64,000 bases of DNA from Camelus dromedarius (lineage: Eukaryota): contig NC_087437.1 of assembly GCF_036321535.1 (NCBI RefSeq), positions 102,488,001 to 102,552,000 of the forward strand. The letters run 5' to 3'. The translations under genes and the position numbers were made by a program. Every line of letters begins with the position of its first letter. The first letter of the stretch is position 1. A model generated the notes under the pieces. The model had not been told where the DNA came from, did no database searches, and saw nothing but the letters and a program-made list of their open reading frames with translations. Positions 41,548 through 55,749 of this stretch are shown piece after piece.

Positions 41548-41678
41548 GCTGGTGTATAAGGTGCCCTAGTTTGCCTGGGATATTCCAGTGCATCTTTATT
41601 ATCTGGCTTAAAAAATACCACCCCCTTATACTCTCAGATGTCTTTTGGTTTGGATGCAAGGTTATGTAGTCACTATAC
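41548..41678 (-). mobile_element. MER94-like hAT-Blackjack MITE
   Basis: gtttgcctggga...cccccttatactctca...ggtttggat...gtcactata aligns by eye with the recalled MER94 consensus. Confidence 0.7.
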
Positions 41679-43179
41679 ATATAGGATTATAGAATCCAAC
41701 TATGCTGGATATTCAATGTCCATAAAGTGATGATGGATACAAGGACATGGACCATGACAAAACCAAAATAAATGATCCTAACCATGAGTGGGGAAAGACA
41801 CTGCCGACTGTTACCAGGAAGCCAACAGAAATGAAAGATTATGAGTTAAAAAGAGTGTCACCTGTGGCTAAACAGAAGCCTAAGTGCAATGTTTCTGATG
41901 ACAAATCCTCTATTTAAAGAACTAATGAAAAAATTGTTCAGACATAAAGGGTTTCTATAGGGACTTATATCAGTCTTGATTCCATCAGGAAAACAATGTC
42001 ACTTTAATGAAATAATGGATTTAATAAATGCGTTGGGATTAAATGATTATGAGGAAAGCTGGGGCAGCTAAGGTTGAAGGAATTGTCACCAAGACCCTTG
42101 CAGGTGGGACCTATGAGAAGCGAACCTCAGTCTTCATTTAATACGAGATTAAGTGGTTCTCAGGGGCTGGACTAAATGGTTGGTATCACCTATCAGCTGC
42201 CCCAGTCAGTGGCAGTAATAATAGTGCTTTCCACGTGCTTACTGAGAAGGTACCATGATTCTGCAGTCTGCCCATGAGTGTGGATGAAAATACCTTTTAA
42301 ATATTGAATGGGTTCTCTAATTGGTAAATTATCACCCAGAATTTTACAGGAAAGGAGGTTCTGAAAAGGAAGGTCCCTACTTCTCTGCCAAGCAGAGAAA
42401 ACCACAAAAGGGAAGTGAGGCTGATGCTAATTTGACATTGGGCCATCTCACACAGGCCCCAGCAGAGGTGAACACACTCCCATCCCCCAGAGATACTTCT
42501 ATCACCCAGGGAACACTGAAACTCCTTCTGAAGACAATTCCTTTGAAGAAGGGCTCACACAGAAAACTGAAAATCATAGACATGACTCTTCTCCTCTGAA
42601 AGTGAATTTGCACACCGGTAATCTAGAGGTTTAAAACAGTCTAAAACTTATTTTACAATAAATATAGTTAAATTACTCAAAGAGACAAGAGAAGAAAGAG
42701 TTCATCATGGGCCTAGAACATTTTAATATTCATACATTTTAGAAATAAATAATATCTGTGTTTAAATTAAAAAGTGATATACTGAAAAAGGGATATACTA
42801 GAGGGTTAATTATTTACTCATTAATTAGTTAATCATTTGGCCAACAGATCTTAGGAAAATACCAAAACATGTCACAGTGAGTTTAAAAATAATATTTGAG
42901 TGAAGCAGACAGAATAAGAGCCTGGATATACATCTAAAGGAACACCAGACGATGAGGAAAAGAGATAAGAAAGAGAATCTATATTCAAATAGAAAGTGAT
43001 TTCATTTTTTTCTAGAAATATAGAAAATATGTTCTCACATTGAAATAGTACAGTGAGATCTGAGTATGAAAAGTAAAGCAACCTTCACTGTCAGAAAATC
43101 AAGTAAAGAAATACTTTGCACATATATAACATGAATTATGGTAATAACTGAACAATTTTAATATCAATGGTAACATCTA

Positions 43180-43380
43180 AGAGTCACTTCCAACTTTAAT
43201 AATTAGCAATTTGATCTTAAATAGTCACTTAATCTCTTCAACTTTAACTGACTCATCTGAAAATTGGGAATAACATCATTGCTTCTAACTACATCAGAGA
43301 GGTATGCTCAGTGAAAAAGAAGCCATACTATTTTGAAGTTACTTAAGAAACCATAGAAGACTAAGTAAATATAAGCTACT
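43180..43380 (+). mobile_element. MIR fragment
   Basis: gtcacttaatctct...ctcatctgaaaattgggaataa core. Confidence 0.65.
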
Positions 43381-44757
43381 TGTTATCTCCATCAATGACT
43401 TGAAAATTTAAAATGCTATTCTATATCCTTCATCCATTTAATCACTTTTTTGAATAGTAAAATGTTCATCAATATGAAAAAATAAAATCAGAAAATTATT
43501 GGAATGTGTTGGGAAGAAAGTTGTAACTGTAGGTGAATGACAATTTTAAAAAATTCTCCTCATTTCTATTGAAGCCTCCTAACTGTATTTAAATGATGCT
43601 GTTACATGGATTAAAATGCTGTCATAGAGTACAGGCTTTCAAGTATAAGAATTACCAATGATGAAAACTGATGGTTTCAGGTTGTTCTGACCTTTTTAGA
43701 ATTAGATCTAAACAAAGAAGCCTTTCAGCTTTGGAGACACCATATAAAATTGTCACTTTTCAAGATCAAATGGAGTTATATGGAGGTAAATATTAACTGT
43801 ATTAATCTAAGCATTTACTAGTGGTTTTATTTGAAGGAAGAATGCTGATTTGGAAAATTAAGACCAAACACAAATCTTCCTGCTCTGTTAAAGTAGTCGT
43901 ATATGTCACCTTAAATCTTCAGGACAAGTTATCAGTAAATCAATATATGAAATAAGTAGTAGCAAACTCAAGATTTTAGGCATGGAAGAGGGAAAGAGGA
44001 AAATGTTTTCGGTTTTGTTTTCGCTTTTTTTGCAACACATATTACAATTTTTTACAGTAGATATTACAAAGTGAAACCTCAAGTATTTTATAAAATACAG
44101 TATCTGTAGAAAATATTTCAGTCAGAAAAAAATCAGTGTCTGAAATACAATGATTCCTCAAAGAAAAGATCCCTTTAAAACCAAATTATAGAATGAATCT
44201 CTATAATAAAAACAGCTATATGAGTGATTTTTTAATGGGAAGTCTTCAGAACCATTTTCCCCAAAGAGGTTAGAATAAATTTGGCCCATCTTAATCAAGG
44301 TTATGACTTCCTTGGGGCCTATCTTCTCAAAGAATCATTTACTTTTCTGTTAGCCACTATTGTCTGGGGCGTTCTGCTCTATCACATTCCCCTGTCCATA
44401 AGTAAAAAATGATCTGATACCCAATTATTTGCCCTTTTTAAAAAATAGTCTAAACTCAATTAGGATTGAGTCACAATTAGATATAAATTAATTATAACTT
44501 TTAAATTTCTAGTTTATGGGTGGAAGTCTAATTAGAGAGTGAGGCGTTACAATGCTGTGTGACTTCCATCAGAAAGCAGTGAGTCCCAGGTACCACAGAG
44601 GAAACCAGCCTGGTTTCTCAAAGAAAGAAGGGAGATTCCTCAATGACCAGACATCCCAGCCAGCAGCAGGGCTTAATTGACTATACTCTCACTAAACAGA
44701 GCACAAAACATTCAGTATTTCCTTATCCCTAAGATTTTGTTTAATCATAAACAATAA

Positions 44758-45177
44758 TGAATACTGATTTGCTAAATATCACCAAAACAGGTTAATGAGA
44801 CAAACCTGAACTCATTTCTTGCCATGGTAACAATAAAACTACCTCAGAGGAGCAAGGAAGACATATTTATTGAGATTCTAAAGTCTAGTTTAAGGTGGGT
44901 CATTTAATGTGGAGGCATGGTTAGGATGGGGTAAGAATCATTATAAAATTGCTAAGGGTTGTGGACATAGTAATGAGAGAATTTTAGGGCAAGTAGTACA
45001 AAGGGTCTTGACATGTACTTTTCAGTAAGTTCCTGGAACAAAAAATAAAATTGTCATTTCTATCTTCGTGGGCAAGAGTTGTCTGTAATACTAACATTCA
45101 GTTGATGAAGTCAGCGGAAGAGTAAAGGCATGTTAATGTCCACAGTAAGCTGTGCAATGGAGTCTCAGTTCTCAGCA
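44758..45177 (-). mobile_element. Old ERV1-type LTR (MER90/MER110-like) within old L1 5'/ORF1 sequence
   Basis: The minus strand starts tgctgagaactgagac; minus-strand AATAAA (tttatt) near 44866. L1 ORF1-like sequence follows (~45200-45630). Confidence 0.45.
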
Positions 45178-45634
45178 GGGTATCCCCACAAAACAGTATC
45201 AAGGCTGTTGGAGCAAGGCAGGAAAGTAGACCCCAGAACACAGGAACAGCAGGCTCAGTGAAAAGAAACATTTAAACACAAAGAAACAACATGAGAAGAT
45301 TAGATTTTAAAGGAAGTATGGCTTTAAACATGCACATACAAATAGAGTAACACCATAAAATAAAAATCGGGGTTTTTTGAAATTAAAAACAAACAAACAG
45401 ACAACAACTTCAATATATAGGCTAAATACCAAGATGGATATTGCTGAAAAGTCAACTGACAAGCAGGGGTATTTCATTGAAGACTGCACCCAAAGGGAAA
45501 AAGGATTGTGAAGTATGAAAAAAGGTGTAAGAGGCTTGGAAAAATCATGTAATTTCCAACATTCAAATTGGTGGAGTGCCGGAAAGAGAAAACAAAGAGA
45601 ATACCGAAGAATCGATAATTCAAAAATCAGTTTC

Positions 45635-45872
45635 TAATGCTCAGTATGGTGACCATAGATGGCCATATTGTATTATAATCATCAAACTTGGTAAGACTAG
45701 ATCTTAATTATTCCCTAAACTAAAAAAGAAATGATGATTATGTCATGTGAAAAGGATGCTAACTATTGGTCCAATGGCCATTATAATATATTAATGGAGC
45801 AAATCAACCTGTTGTACACCTTAAATGTATACAATGTTATATGTGAAATATATTTCAATTAAAAATACAAAT
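45635..45872 (+). mobile_element. L1MA9-like 3' end with TSD
   Basis: gttgtacaccttaaatgtatacaatgttatatgtgaaatatatttcaatt; TSD aaaaatcagtttc (45622-45634) / aaagatcagtttc (45873-45885). Confidence 0.88.
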
Positions 45873-46666
45873 AAAGATCAGTTTCACTTGAGAATGTCCT
45901 AAAACAGGATTGATGCATTCTCTCCTAATCACGTATTCTGTTTTTAATCTGGAATATAAAATACCTATGCTTCTCAAAGCAATGTCCTGCTAGTGAATGA
46001 AGCAGAAAAATATTTGAATGGCTGAGAAGCTCCTGAAATCCCCATCCCTGACAGTTCTAGAAAGTGTCCCTTATCTCGTGTCAGAGATGGCCCAAGTCTG
46101 GGATGAAAGTCTCTTTGTTCCTCAATAATTCCTTGAGGCCATGAGTGCTGGGAAGCTCTTGGTGTCTGAGTGGCCAGGAAATCTTAGGGTGGAAAAAACC
46201 CTATATATCCTGGCATGGGTGAGTTCTTCCACTGTCTGGGATTCTCTCTCCTCTGAGTGCACAGAGTAGACTGACGGCAGATTGTTAGTCTTCAAACTTT
46301 GCCTAACTTTTTTGATAGAATCGTAATCCAGTTAAAGATTATTTTCTAAGTCATTTTTTTTGGAGTAATCTCAGTTAATTATAATAACATTTTCCTAACA
46401 ACATCTGTGTTTCCTGTTTCCACCAAATATATCGTTCCATAACTTTTATTTCTATGTCTGGATGTAAAATTCCTTGAAAAGGGTGCTATTGAAATGAATC
46501 CTAAATTTTATTAAGAAGGGTATTCACGTTCCTTCAAAGTGGTTATTCAGAGAAATAAGTGCCACCTGTCAACTGTTCATCACGAATGATGCAAGGTAGT
46601 TATAGCGTACTGTAAAGCAGGAACCACAATTTTTTAAGTAGCCAAAGAAAAATTTACTAAAATGAA

Positions 46667-46836
46667 GGGGAGGGTATAGCAGTAGTAGACTCTGTGCTTA
46701 GCATGCACAAAGTCTTGGGTTCAGTCCCCAGCACCTCCATTAACAAATAAATACATGAATAAATAAATAAACCTAATTACCCCCCAAAATTTTTAAAAAT
46801 TAAAAACACTATAAATAAAAAATAAATTTAAAAAAC
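46667..46836 (+). mobile_element. vic-1-type SINE (damaged A box)
   Basis: ggggagggtatagc...gcttagcatgcac...gggttcagtcccc...aaacctaattacc; TSD tttactaaaat (46653-46663 / 46837-46847). Confidence 0.9.
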
Positions 46837-47119
46837 TTTACTAAAATAACATTTTATTACCAGCTTCGTCCCCTGTATAGGTTCATAAAGATTGTTTGCT
46901 ATATTCACAGAGGAGACAGAGCCATCCTGCCTTGCTCTGGTACCCACCATTACAGCCAGGCTTAGATAACGTCTGCCAATTTTGATCTGAATAAAACGAT
47001 CTCATTTTATTCATGTTCTTTTTTTAGCACTACAATGATACCTCCCTTCATACACTTTATCATAGAGGTTACATAAGAATGGGAAAGAAGGTGATGTATT
47101 TCCATTTTTTCTTCATCAT

Positions 47120-47771
47120 TGTCAAACAAAAACAAACCTGGATTTACTAAGGAGAAATTTTATTTGAAAAGATTACTGCCGAGGTGAAAAGGACTATTGC
47201 AATAGAGGAGAGGAATTATTGTAATAGGGAGAACGCTCTGATCCTAAGGTTTTCGAGCATCTCAAGGGTTAGGCGAAAATAGTTTTCTTTTATAAAGAAA
47301 GATGAACAAGGTTAAAAGGAACAGCATGCCGGGGAGTGAGATGAAAGGGCGACGTGATTGGATAGGAGATCAGAGAATGTATAACTGTGAGGCCAGCCTA
47401 TTCTCAGGAAGTCTGTTAAAGCAAAGTTGCATGCTAGCCAAAGTCAGGGACCTGGGGGAGGAGAGGAGCTTAACCAAAGTTGTGTTGTTTGTTGTTCTTT
47501 TTCAAACAAGCATTTTGTTCTGATGGATCAGCGGGAGCAAGCAGTACAGCTTCTAATTTATGAAGCGAAGAATGAGAATGTGGAAGGTCGGGGTCTGGTT
47601 TTGTTATAGGAAAGCAAAGGGAACATCCATGGTTCTTCTCTAAGTCATGGGGCGATTGTGGTCCATCACAGTAGACCTTTCCGTGGAACACAAAAGGGTG
47701 GGCAGGGTAGGATTTCTTAACCTTCGCTGTTTTTTGGAGTCAAAAGGCTCAGGTAAAGTTCAGCATTGTCA
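47120..47771 (-). mobile_element. Solo ERV1 LTR, MER67-like
   Basis: TG..CA termini and perfect 4-bp TSD tcat. The minus strand starts tgacaatgctgaactttacctgagcc; minus-strand AATAAA near 47160. Confidence 0.88.
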
Positions 47772-49770
47772 TCATAATGAACATTTTGGATAAGCACCAG
47801 AGATGCTTAAAATAAGTCTTGAAATTTCAAAGCACAATTCTATAAAATCACAGTCATCCTGTGAGGTTAGAAGTGAAATATTTAGAGGCCCTTCTTTGAA
47901 TAAGAGAAGGTTCGAGCACAGCCTGACTCTGGCTGTGGCATTTCTTGTTTGTTCTAACTAATGTGTGTATACATACAACAAAATAAGAAGGGTGTCTGTT
48001 AGTATTTAAACACTTGAAAACTGTAATACTTCTGTCTTTAAAACTGGTAATGTTTCTATGGACGACATATGATGTGAGTTTTGTCAACACAAATGCCTAG
48101 AATAAGTGGCCTGGACTTCTATGTTCTCATTCAAAATGTAGCAAATGAGTAGAAAATTAATCCAAGATTACATATAGAATATAATTCTTAAAATAATTGT
48201 AGAATATAGAATATTATCTAGAATATAGAATACTATTCTATAATAAAAATTCTAAAGTTCTGAACTACAGATTTTGAGTGTGGCCAGTCTTCAGTGAGGA
48301 TCCTGCAATTTGTTGCAGAATCAATAGTTCTGTCACCTTGATAAGTTATTAAGTTCTTTGTGTCTTATTCTAAGTCTGTAAATTGATTACACTAATGCCC
48401 ACTAAATTAAATGAGAAAAGTATGTAAAATCCATTCATTGTGTGCAGATTAAAGTCCCCGTAAAGCAAAACAGAAAAACTAAGGGGGAAATCTTTGAATT
48501 AATAAATTCCTTTATGAATGAATTCTGGTGATATGATTAGTCAATACATGATACATAAGTAAGAACTGACAGTTTATCAAGTAGCGATGCTACTATTCTG
48601 AGTTTACCCATCTACTAATCTCTCCCCTTGGTCTGCCCATGTACCACATAAACTGTTCCTCATTCTTATATTCTTTTCCCTAGAATAAAATCCAAAGGAA
48701 TTTCATTCTCGTATTTTTTAAACTGTATGAAATATTTGTTCTGTTAGCACTTAAAAATATAACAGATCCATGCAGTTTTAAAAGCAAACCATTTTCTTGT
48801 CATACCCCTAGAGTTTCTTCAACTAGCATTATAATAACTGGGCCATTTTTCCTCTGAGAACTGAAAATGAATGTTCATAAATAATAGAGTTTCTAAAAAC
48901 CATAATAACAAGGACTTTAAATGTCACATTTACTTACCAAATTCACCTTTTTCTTCTCTGCCATGGAATTTTAATATACCTTTCTATGTACTGTGCATGA
49001 ATTCTTTCTGCAGTATTATCTAGAGAATGGTGGACGTTCTGTAACTGAGCCTACAAGAAAAATCTAGAGGAATCTTTAAGATGATTAATTGTGTAAGAGA
49101 TGCTATGATTCAAGCTGGGGGGTTTTTAGTCTTTATGAGAACCCTTGGTAATATTATTACACTGTTTAATAAGAGTGTCAGGGAGCAATAGGGTGAACCT
49201 ATAGTCATTTAATAGCAATTAACTAGGAAGTTTTTGTGGCTTACTTCTTCCTTGTATGTATGTTTCTGTCAGGGAGATTTCACTGCTAGTGTATAGCACA
49301 TCTTTTGGGGCAGCAATGATATGAGTCTGTTAAAAAGTAAATTGGGCAATAACACCGAGAGAAAATGGGGCTATTCAAGAGTTGTGTGCAATTATCTGAG
49401 GGCTCTAAGGAGAACAAAGTGGAGCGGCTGCTGCTGAGGAGAGAAGCAGCAGTTGTCCACATGCAGTGGAAAATCAACCCAATCATGTGGGCAAATATCT
49501 TAATACAGTAGCTGCTTGGTAACCACAGCTCACCCTGTATTTAACATTGGACAAAAGCCATAGAGTCCAACAGACGAAAATCTCCTAACCTATATGGCAG
49601 GCAACACACTTGAGCTCTAGAACTCTTAGTATCTGTTGTTTTGGCTAATTTGTTATTTTCTACTTACCCTATCAACAAGAGGGTGAGGATATTAAAAAAA
49701 ATTGAAAAGGTAAAGGAAAAATGCACTAGAATTAGTTTCCCTGACGTCATTTTCCTCAACCAAATGCCTG

Positions 49771-50200
49771 TGTAAAATGAATTAAAGAAACCTCAGCTGA
49801 AAGTGGAGCGGGAACAGGCCTGTAGGGGACGCTCTCATGTCCCACCATGCATCATCAGATGCTCCAAATAGGAAGAGACAGCCTGTGTCTCTGACAGGAA
49901 GATGTCTCTACTCTCAAGCAGAAAGAAAGACACTTCTTTCCACCCTATGACAGCCAGACGGAGACTAGCAGTCCAACCAGTGAGAAGTCTCCATACCTTG
50001 GACACCTGGCGTCCTCTTTGGTTCCTCCCTCAAATCTACCCTTTACTGTTGTGTAAAACCAAGCTCCCCTTCCTCGTTCTCTGGATTTGCCTGTGGTCCG
50101 CCATAGCATGCATCTCCCAAACTGCGATTCCTCTGATTATTCTTGAATAAACTCACTTTTGCTGGCAAAATAACTGGCTATTACATTATTAAAGTTAACA
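49771..50200 (+). mobile_element. Solo ERV1 LTR, MER34-like
   Basis: tgtaaaatg...gaataaactc...aagttaaca; TSD cctg/ccta. Confidence 0.85.
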
Positions 50201-51379
50201 CCTATGTAGACAACAGGTACTCACACATCATCACCATTTAAACAAGTGTCCATAGGAGATTTGTTTATAATATGAGTTGTGGATTGTAACAATGGAAGAA
50301 TGAAAACCATATCCTTACATTTTAAGCACAAGTACATTTATCGGATCCATAACATTGTCAAGTGCTTAAAACCTGCACATACACAAGCATATTAAGTGGG
50401 TGTTTTTCCTCTTGAATGATGGCATTTCTGTGTCCTCAACAATAATATTTCAGTTTGTTATTTTTTCAGATTAGTATACCAAGATTCAGAAAGGGTAAGA
50501 ATTTCTAGAGCTACAACAATTAAAAGTAACTACTTCAAAGGGTTGTAGTATGAATTAACTAAATATGCATGACTTAGAAATTGTTTATAATGGTGCTTGG
50601 CACATAGAAAGTACTTAAAAGTGTTTGGTCTTATTATGACCTCTATTTTCAGAAGAGTGAATTTTTCATCTTGTATTAAAAAGTTTGAAATGCCAGCTAT
50701 GACTAAAGCACCAGCAGCCCTTTTAGAAGAACTGGAAACACTCCAGGATTCACTTTCAGACAGACACTCTGCACTTCCTGGAGTGATGCTGGCCACAAAC
50801 TGTGATGTTCATAGAAGATAATGTAGCACCACATGGTTGCAAAGTCAAGGATGTCTAACCCCCAGAAACACCTGAAGGAGCTTGATTTAGATTTGCCCTG
50901 TGCTAGAGAGCATAATCGGTATGAGGCAGGCAAAGGTCCAACCAACGGACAGCCCAGACAATGGGGGAGAGAACACCCTGACTCAGATGTGTCGTTCCTG
51001 ACATCTGGACACAAACTGGCTCAAGGATTGGAGTCCAAGCTTACAAATTCCTTAAGTTAGAAGTGATGGAAGAGAGGCAGTTGAAACCATGCTGTATTTT
51101 TATTCTTATAACAACTTGGTGTTGTCTTTTGATGTTTACAGTTTGTTTTTTTTCCCCAAAAATTATCTCAGTAATTCACCTATGAAAAATAAAGAGCAGA
51201 TATCTTTATTAAACATTCACAATGTAAAAATAAGTATTAAGAGGAAGGTACAAATTCACATATCTCCCCTGCAAAGTGATTTCCAATCCCACTCCTCTTA
51301 AAAAAATTAGCAGTGCAATGCTGAAATCACCAGTGTCTGAAGCTGGAAATCCAGGCAGTGTGATTACAGAGGCATTCGT

Positions 51380-51700
51380 TAATACGATGTGCTTCAGGGA
51401 TTGAAAACAGGGACCAAACAAGCAACATCAGCCCAGGTTTGCGTTGGGTTGAGTGAGTGGGGAACTGAAGGGTGCTTGTCCTTCTACAGATGTCAACTGC
51501 TTCCAAGCTCAAGCCAGTTGATTCCATCACAGAACTAGCCCAGCATTGCTAGATCTTCTGACATTCTTCCAAAGCTAGAAATTTCAGTTTCAATGTGAAT
51601 TCACCATATTTTAAAAGTAGACAACTAATTCAACTTTGTAAAAACACTACTTCAAACACAACAATTCACATGTGGGAATCGCTATATCCAAACTCTTTAC
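51380..51700 (+). mobile_element. MER102-like hAT-Charlie element
   Basis: cccagcattgctagatcttctga...atgtgaattc...caactaattcaa...aaaacact. Confidence 0.7.
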
Positions 51701-54700
51701 CTCAATAAGTGGGAAATTTAAATCAGAAAACAGTCTTACACCCCAAAGAGAGTAAGAAGTAAGTTTTATAGCAGGACTTGGCGGGATAGTGGTGGGACAA
51801 TATAAATGCTATTTAACACTGGGGTGACAGTGTTGCTACCAAGGGGTGGCTTAGTCATGTGTGGTAGACTTTAGACTCTCACACAGTCTTTATCTCTGCC
51901 AGTAAAATCACCTTGAATTTCAAAAACATATATATGCCAACTATTTTATAAGAACATTTTGAAAGATATTACATTTTCAAGACTAGTTTAAATTTCAGAA
52001 AGATTTTAGAAGCTATTAGAAACTAATTTGAAATGGTTAGATTTAAGAGAAAAATATTGAAAAACTTTCCATTTTTAAAGTTACATTCAACATAATTGAA
52101 AAAGAGTTTAAAAAGGAAAAAAAAAGCATTTCCTTGTTCTGAGAGGGAAGCAAAGAGAGAATTTATGGAGGAGGGCAGTGGGGATCATAGACTGATGTTA
52201 ATTGTGTTGGGATGGTTGATTCAGATTCAGTTTTATACACTGCTTTTAAAATAATATTTTCAAAAATAGGTGAAGTAGTTAAAACATGAATAAGTGATTG
52301 AGAATGCTATGAAACTAAGTTATGATTAAGTTATTTCTGTGCAATTGAAGGAAAAATATTAATCTCACAAAAGCATAAAGGCAGTGGGTGTGTTATGCAA
52401 ACACAATTTCAGCACGTATCCCTGGCCCCTACTTCCACCTAGGCCCTAATTCCTTCCTCTACGAGACTGTGATGCCAATAAGGAGATTAGGAAAGTGGGA
52501 ACACACATACAGTCTCGTTCACACACAGTCTGCATTTTGTAGTTTGCAAGAACACATTTCTTGAAACATAAGGAATGAAATATATTTCCCCCTTGGAACA
52601 GCCAGATAAAAATTACTCTTATTTCCCCCTGCACTGAATCACATTAGTCTATCCCCAACCCAACACACATACCCCTCCACCAAAATGGACCCAATTTACC
52701 TATTAAAAAGACCTCTACTAATAACAATATAGATAAGGGTCACAGGATATGCAGAGCTCAGCCTTTGGATCAGATATAATGGAACCTGACTATCATATAC
52801 ATTAACCCTGTGACTTTGAAGAAGTCACTGTATTTCTCTGTGCTTCACTTACATTACGGCAGTAACAACAGTTCCCTGCACAGTTGCTGAACGTGTAGCA
52901 GGATTCTGAGGCTGGATTGCATCCCTGATACGGTTTTATTTTTCCTGAGTACATTTGAAATCCTGGTAGGGCAGCATCAAGAGAAGTTGATTTTCAAGTG
53001 GCTGGTTAATTCTGGTTTTGGCAAGTGAAAGGGCGGTGCAAAGACTGGAAGATTTGATGACACCTATTCACCAGCAAGCCCAAAGTGTGAATAACGGGCC
53101 CTACAGAGATATTAGTTTCAGTGCAAGCTGCTGCTACCCAGATTGGTAGGGTGTAAGCGTTCACCTCATTCCAGTAAAAAAACACAGTCCAGAATTCTGC
53201 AGCTGACAGCAGCAGAGCAGCAATGGAAACCACACTGATGAATGGATAACACCAGACACATGTTGGACCCGTGGTTGGCCAGTTGTCCAAGGAAGATGCC
53301 CAGTGAGAAATGGAAGATTCCCAGTGAAAATGGTACTGTGATAATGTTTTCCAGCAAGGTCAGTCTTCTAATATGAACATATTTAAGGTTACCACTCGAA
53401 ATGCTAAGAAGTGAGCATTTTGCAACTATTCTTTTAATTTGAGCTATTGAGGCTGTATTTCTAACTACCCCAATTTTTAAAGCAGTGTCCTGATCATAGA
53501 TAACTAAATATGATCTGCAAATCAAAAGATTCTCTGTTTTAAAACAATATTTTAAGACCAAAGAAGATAATTCTTTAACTCCTAGTCTTAGAAATCTCTT
53601 TTGTTACAATCAATTCCTGTGGCATAAACCTTCTAGACCAAGTGACTGTGGGTAAGTTGATAGGATGTTTTTAAGGATTCGTACTGTAAGTGACATGTAA
53701 CTATGAAACTATTTGGTATTTTTTATTATTGCCAAAAATCTTGATTATATACTTTGTCCTCTAATTGACTTCCAGTACACATTAGCTTTTAATCCAAGCA
53801 CATTTTCCCTCAAAAATACCAACCATGACAGGAGCAAACCTCCTTCCTAAAAATGTTACTCTCACTTTCCTTAAGTACACCAAAGATGAAAGTCAGAAGC
53901 TTACATAATGAATGAAAAGTTGGCTTAAAAGCCTAGTTATTTTGTCAAATTAGCAATAATGAAATCAGGTAGTGTCACAGAAATGTCAAGCATCCAGAAA
54001 TTTACAACAAAATCTTCTATGTCACTCTTAGAAGTAGTTCTCCTGATTGGTGGAAACACATTCCCAAACTGAAATCTTGCCCAAGCAAATGGAACAAAAT
54101 CAAATTCATTAGTGTTATATATAATTACAGGGAACAGATGTCAGGTACCTACTACAGTGCCTGGCACACGAGTATGCACTTTAAAAATGGTGGATATATA
54201 ATTGGATAGAGGAATTAATAAATAAATAAATAATATTATCAGTCTAAATATCGTACTGCAAATGAGATTAATGGATTCCAGCTAACTTCAGTAGAAAGTA
54301 ACATCATTGGAAAGATAATAGAAAGATCACAGAAAGGATGGAAATCTTAGTGAAACTAAGATAAAAAAGCTAATGGGAAGAGTGGCTCAGCAGTAAGAAA
54401 CAAATCTAAGGACGCCTTACAGAAACATTGGCTGGGATGCTGTGTGACCTTGTTGTAGATCCACTGGTTTTACCACCACTGACCTCATGGTGCTGCTATC
54501 TCTGGATGTGAACATCCAATATACACAGTCTTGGTCACATGTCCAAGTCATCTGGGCATTGTGTGATGCTTTGGGATTCTATGGTAGGGAGGCAAAACCC
54601 ATGATCTCATGGAGATTCACACAATGGAAATACTGCTAAAGTACAAAGTGACTTTAAAGGCAGTAAGAAAATAGCAAAATTCACTACAGTATTGTAGCGT

Positions 54701-54919
54701 ATGATACTATCTTTGTTTTGATATGTGTATTTACGTATATCTACATGTATATAAATATATGTGTGTGTGTAAATATATATAAATGGTAATTGATTAATTT
54801 TGATTATAGGGCCATGAATGAGTTTACTTTTTTGTTTTCAATTTGTCTGTATTTGTATATTAATAAAAATGAATAATTGGATTAAACTAATTATCAAAGA
54901 AAAGGTACTGCTTTAGCTT

Positions 54920-55480
54920 AGCCATTCACTCATTCGTTTATCCATTGATTAATTCAATAAATGTTAATTGAGTAACTACTAAGAGTCATGTCAGAAACAA
55001 AATAGTGAACTGCAGTGAACAAGTAAGACTGGTTCCTAACCCTAATGATGCATACAGTCAGTTAGGGGAGAACACATTACACAAACTCATAAAAAACTAC
55101 ACATTTTGATATGGAAAAAGACCATAATTAGTTAGCAATATAAAGTCTAACTGAAGAAGTGACGTACAAGATGAAACCTAAAGAATGTAATAGTTGGCTA
55201 AGAAAATTGGAGGTAGACTAGCCTAGACCAAGGACACACTTCTCTGTAAAAAGCCATATAATAAATATTTTCAACTTTACAGGCCATACAGTCTCCCTTG
55301 CAACTGCCCAAGTCTGTCCTTGCTGGAGAAATACAGTCGCAGACAATATACAATAACCAAATGAGCACACCTGCTTTCCAGTAAACAGACAGTGGACTCT
55401 TGGCCCATGGGCAGTAGTTACCCAACCCTCTAGCTGGGCAAAGAGCACATTAGCCATGTGTGAAACCCTCAAGGCACAAA
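54920..55480 (-). mobile_element. L2 3' region interrupted by MER58A
   Basis: Antisense L2 tail cattcactcattc...attcaataaatg...ttgag, resuming after the MITE. Confidence 0.7.
55227..55432 (+). mobile_element. MER58A-like hAT-Charlie MITE
   Basis: ctgtaaaaagccatataataaatatttt...caggccatacagtctc...gcagacaata...ttggcccatgggcagtagtt. Confidence 0.85.
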
Positions 55481-55749
55481 CCCTGAATAGATTTTATCAA
55501 AACACAAGACATTCACTGAGCACTGTGTCTGAAATAGGAAATACACATTAAATACTTGCAACTATATTCATATATCATACTGACTTAAAACCACAGTTTT
55601 AAACTAAGGTTTTCAGACCTTGGTTTTAAAGGTTTTAGGGTTTTGCAAAATAAATGGGAATACTTGCTATTTTATTGGAATAAAATACTATCAATGGACT
55701 TGAAATAATAGGTTATATAAAAAGTAGAAAAAAATCAATTCATCTTGTT

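Noticed and set aside
42805..42840. Two HNF1-like sites (gttaattatttac, gttaatcatt)
   Set aside because: They lie in AT-rich, L2-tail-like sequence where such matches are common.
48170..48250. tagaatatagaata repeats and a tatagaata-c-tattctata palindrome
   Set aside because: Low-complexity AT slippage products.
50597..51060. Overlapping ORFs with protein-like text (LLEELETLQDSL)
   Set aside because: Short, no recognisable family, starts inside a MIR remnant, and no convincing exon structure.
53006..53561. Minus-strand ORFs of 94 and 131 aa
   Set aside because: No recognisable domain or splice context; lengths like these are expected by chance in 64 kb.
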